The notes under the pieces: model-generated
The model's database searches: none
Seen by the model: only the letters and a program-made list of their open reading frames with translations
Told to the model about the DNA's origin: nothing
Made by a program: the position numbers and the translations under genes
Shown here: piece by piece, positions 59,500-64,000 of the stretch
Layout of the letters: the number at the start of each line of letters is the position of its first letter
Position numbering within the stretch: the first letter of the stretch is position 1
Assembly: GCA_973851085.1 (NCBI GenBank)
Contig: OZ316775.1
Coordinates: 21,514,001-21,578,000, forward strand
Direction of reading: 5' to 3'
Source of the DNA: Ptychomitrium polyphyllum
Lineage: Eukaryota
Length of the DNA stretch: 64,000 nt

Positions 59500-62400
59500 G
59501 CACCATATAATTGACATATATTCTCACATATAATTCTTGGTTCTTACATCTTTTATTTTATTCTTTTTAAGTTTTGCTTAAGTTGGTTGTTATTGGAATT
59601 CAAGAAATGAAGTCTTTGAAGATTTTATATAAATTATGGAACGTTTGCCAATTTACTAATTTATAAGTATTTTTTAGATAGCTTCAATTGTTGTGCAAAA
59701 CTAATCCTATATGAAACAAAGTAACAACATTCTAAAAGTAATTTGCGTGCATATTATTGAATGGTGATAAACAATTATCTTCCTTTGCATGCCTTCTTTT
59801 GCATGAATTTCCTGCTAAGCCCATAAAATATATGCCTATGATTAAGCAACTCTTATAAAGATTGTATTATATATGTATTAGTGGTTTGATAAGATAACAT
59901 CTTTTATTGTCCATGTGAAATAATACAAGTAATACAACATATGGAATGAAACAATACAAGAATATAATGATTAATTAAAGGAAATTCTTTAATTGGACAT
60001 GATAATTCTATCTGAGCTATTAAACTTTACTTTAAAAATTAGAAATTGAAAAATTCTAAAAATTAGCTTTAAAAGAGATTGCATTGACAACCATCATGCA
60101 CTTATCAATTGCTACAAGTTTGAAAAGGATGATATGAAAGGCCATGGGAATATTAACTACTTAAACATATATGTTGTTCATCTAATTTGTCCCTTTAATT
60201 AGATGGCATTATTAGCCACCTAAATATGTAGGTTGCCCATTTAATTAGATGGCATTAAGATGAATGAATTGGTAGATTTAAAGATGCTAATGTTGACTAT
60301 GTTAGGAAAAGCCTTGACTCATAGTAGGCAATGATATTAAAGTCCACTTAGCAACAAATCTTAAGATATGTTTGATTGACTTCTGATTAGAAGTTTAATA
60401 GAATAATGGAAATAGTGTTAGAAAAGTTTTCATGGATTCTTATATATAAAGAAATTGTGGCCAAAGGCATAGGCTCTTCAAAATCTTTGGTCAACTTATT
60501 GCCATGTAATTTAAAAGAAAATTATAGGATTTATATAATATTATGGAGTTGATGTAGAGTTGTGGAGTTATAGATGTGGAGTGTATAATCTTAACTACAA
60601 TAAATAAAGAATAAGAACATTTTGAATATGGTTTGAAGTTTAAATTTTTTGTGTAACCATAAAACTTTATTTCCTAGAAAATTGCCTATATTGAGATCCT
60701 TTTCAAAGTTCTTGGATGTTGGATTTTTATCCATCTATAACATGTTGAAGTGGGATATAAGTTTTTTCATGCACTACCATTAAGGCTGCTTTACACTTGC
60801 TCGTTTTTCACATATCTTGTCTTTTTTTTTACATACCTTGTCCATTTTTTTAACAAGACAAGCAAAAATTTCAATTCTAAAATATGGGTGTTTAAAATTA
60901 AAAGTAAGTCATAGGAGAAGATGGAAAGATCTTAAAATAATCAAGATAGATAAGTTTTTTTTATTGTGGATTAATTCTTGAGTTGTCATTCCAAAAGCAT
61001 TTCAAAAATTGATCATAAGAGAATATTCTCTAGCAATATAAATGTCAACTTATTTTTCATTCATCTTTAAATTACCTTTTTATTGAGCAACAAGACAAGA
61101 TATAAAGTCTTATAGGAGAATTTGAAATTTTTGACCAATTTTAATATTACAAAATTTTAAGTACAACAATATGTTTTGTTCATTGAAAATATTTCCAAAT
61201 TCATTTTAATTGTTTCAAAAAGTAAATGAATGGCCTAAGATTCTTGCATCAAAATATATACTTCAATTAAGAGAATAAATTTCTATTTATATTGAAAAAT
61301 GAGCTCTACTTATACATACAAAGACATGAAAAAAGATATGAGACCATGATTGATGTTTTTGGATAAGAAAATCAATTGAATTTACAAATTATTACATTTT
61401 GTGTTACAAAATAGAAGCAACTATTATCAACATTCATCCTTAATCTAAGAATATATTTGCATATTTTTTATAATACAAAAAAAATAAAATATCGTAAAAT
61501 AAATATTTATAATGATTATTAAATATTATTTGCAATTTCAAAAAGCATGAAATGAAGAAATGAAAATTTATCCTTTGAAGTCAAACTATATAACAAATGG
61601 CAATGTAATCATATTTTAAAATGTTATTTTACATTGATAAAATGATAAAATTAATGTGTTTTTGAATTTTAGGAATAAATTGTTTTTAAAATTACAATAG
61701 TATTTTTTTACAAAATTCATATTTCAAATTTGAATTTTTTATATATATAGGTTATTAAAGATTTTGAAACCTAAAATAAAAAAGATTAAACAACTTTTTA
61801 AACTTGATGAATTTAAAGGTATTTTATCAATAGAATGTAGAAATTACAAGAATAATTTAAAAATTTATATTATTATAGAAGAGCTTTATCCACAACATTT
61901 AGTATATTGTAAAATGCTTTTTAAATTTTAATGAATATGTTTTTTATGTACATTTTATTCAAACCATTTTAAACATTGTCTATGCAACTTTTGAAATTTT
62001 AATAACTTTTGAGTCATGTTTTTATATATTAAGCATACTTGATACTAAAAATTCTTCATATAATTTTTTTCTATTCACACATTATTTTTTCTTTATAACG
62101 TAATTTTTTAAATTTATACAATCATATACATTGTTTTATTTTTATAAGAATTTATAGATTTATATAAGCATATACTTTAGGCCTAGTTTTAATTCTATAA
62201 ATTACTTTATAAGTACTTTAGATGTAGTTCTTAAAAAATTTAGACTTCCTTAAGATATAAAATTTAATAATTTATTGTTTTAATTCAAAAAATTAGTTTA
62301 ATAAATATTAGATTTGGCAATATATAGCCAAAAGAATATTTAGTTCTAAATGCAAATTATGTTATTTTAAGATCCATACCAATAAAAAAACATACATGTG

Positions 62401-62880
62401 GTGTTTTTTTCAAAAAAATTTATTTATGCCAAATTTGTTCATAAATAGTAATTTATACATTACCTTGTTTTATTTTTGCTTTCATTTTTGCATAATATAA
62501 GTCTATAATATTTGTTGATACCAAATTTCAATGGTTTGCAATGGCTAATAAGCCTCAACATAACCTAATTAAACTAAAAATGTTGTAACAAAATTAAAAA
62601 TATAATGGATAATGAGTATATTATTATACATGTTTACAAACACAAATACTTACAAGCATTGAGTTTTTTAAACATTTTAAATTCATGAAAAGTTATCCTT
62701 TTTAAATTATTAGAATTATTTTAAAATTAGATATGATGCTTATATTCCTAAATTCTAGGAACCAATTAGAAGCTAATGCACAATTAAAAGTGAAGATGAA
62801 ACTTTAGAAAACAAGAAATATGAGGGGTGAGGGACTTTTGACCTCCAAATTTTGACCAATATGAATTACTTCCACCATCC
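59500..62880. other. Extremely AT-rich intergenic block, probable transposon relic
   Basis: No ORF of 60 aa or more over more than 3 kb, and very low GC. Confidence 0.45.
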
Positions 62881-63616
62881 CCTTAAGGCTTCTACTTCCA
62901 AACTCAAGACTCCCACTTTGATAATCTAAGGTTAAGTAGGCACAAAAAGACGATTGATGCCTCTTTTATGATGAAATATGGAATGGATTTAGAATTGTGG
63001 TGGAGTGTGGAATGGGAAAAAAACAAGGCGGCAGCCTTGCTTGTGCAGATAACTAGCAGATAAGCTGTCCTGCAACCAGACATGAACACGGTGATACTAC
63101 CAAGGCAAGCGAACGGCACACCATTCTTTGTCTGAAATCAACAAGAGACGTACACTTCACTACAGTGATTGTGTAGCACTTGGTGATATCTTATAGTCTC
63201 GAAAAGCGACGACATCAAGTAGCAGCAAACTACACCAACTGAAAGTGTGTCTTGAGAAAGATCTGCTCAACCGAACTGAAACCCATGGCCTTTCCGCTTT
63301 TGAACTCCAACTTCGGTTCAAAGGCTCGGCATGGATCGGAAGGAGGTCACCTCTAATAATTGATGGAGTTCCTCTCAGGAACACACAATTCCTTCTTCAG
63401 AAATGACATAGTTTACATTCCGCATGAGACATTTCAGTTTACTGCTGCTGAACACAGTCCACATGCATGACAACAGCATGTGAGGTTTAGAATTTGCTAC
63501 AAAACTTGTGACCAAAACTAAACTTGCTCTGCTTGTCTCCTATCTGTACAGCCATCGTCCTGGTGAGCAGTGACGATACGGTGGACACTAGCATTGCGGC
63601 AAGTATAGCACCATGA

Positions 63617-64000
63617 TCAGCTGCGTACAAGCGGAAGAGTCCTGCGAGTTTAGATAATTTTGACGGAGGAGGCTCTCACACACGTGCACGTAAAGCACTG
63701 CAGCCCAACTGGGGTGGCCCTGAGGTACTGGCACTCATCGCTGAAAAGGAGAAGGAGCATGAAGCCCTGAAACTCAACTCTGAAGCAAGGGACAACCTGG
63801 AGGCTGCAATAACCAAGTGGAATCGAATTGCAGAGGCGGTGGCTGGGTCCGGCTGCTCCACATTTCCTAAAACTTGGCGCCGCTTGCAAGGATAAGTGGC
63901 AAGGCTTTTTCAGTAACTACAAGAAGATCTTTGACTATTGGGAGGCCACGGGGAGCAATGAAGATTGTTACTGCATAACCAGCAAGCGCCGAAGAGAGCT
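63617..64000 (+). pseudogene. Trihelix / Myb-SANT-like DNA-binding domain, frameshifted; runs off the window end
   Basis: PNWGGPEVLALIAEK...KWNRIAEAV...[+1 at AAAA 63869-63872]...GAACKDKWQGFFSNYKKIFDYW...SKRRRE has the three-Trp trihelix spacing. In-frame TGA at 63614 upstream. Confidence 0.72.

Noticed and set aside
60781..60799. TAAGGCTGCTTTACAC (similar to TAAGGGTCGCCTTACAC at 24784) as a Harbinger-like terminal repeat
   Set aside because: No matching inverted partner end could be found by eye.

Overview
Eukaryotic land-plant genomic DNA, most likely a moss. This is an inference from intron-rich GC-richer genes set among very AT-rich transposon debris and from fungal-type (Tcn1-like) chromoviruses. 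Four intact spliced genes can be built by hand: a BIM-type bHLH transcription factor (-, 1752-6297), a monodehydroascorbate reductase ending in SKI (+, 40795-44295, with a GC-AG intron), a cyclic nucleotide-gated channel with an atypical TQT pore (+, 46356-49460) and a GT4 glycosyltransferase (-, 55020-56860). Decayed genes include a PLS/E/DYW-type PPR (-, ~21.7-22.9 kb), a divergent agmatine deiminase with frameshifts and motif deletions (-, 57412-59314) and a trihelix/Myb-SANT domain at the right edge. A three-layer nest of Ty3/gypsy chromoviruses spans ~26.9-38.8 kb. Its central copy retains three leader hairpins with a shared loop, a candidate self-priming site, a -1 frameshift hairpin and an extra ORF after pol. 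All coordinates were read by eye, and no database searches were run.
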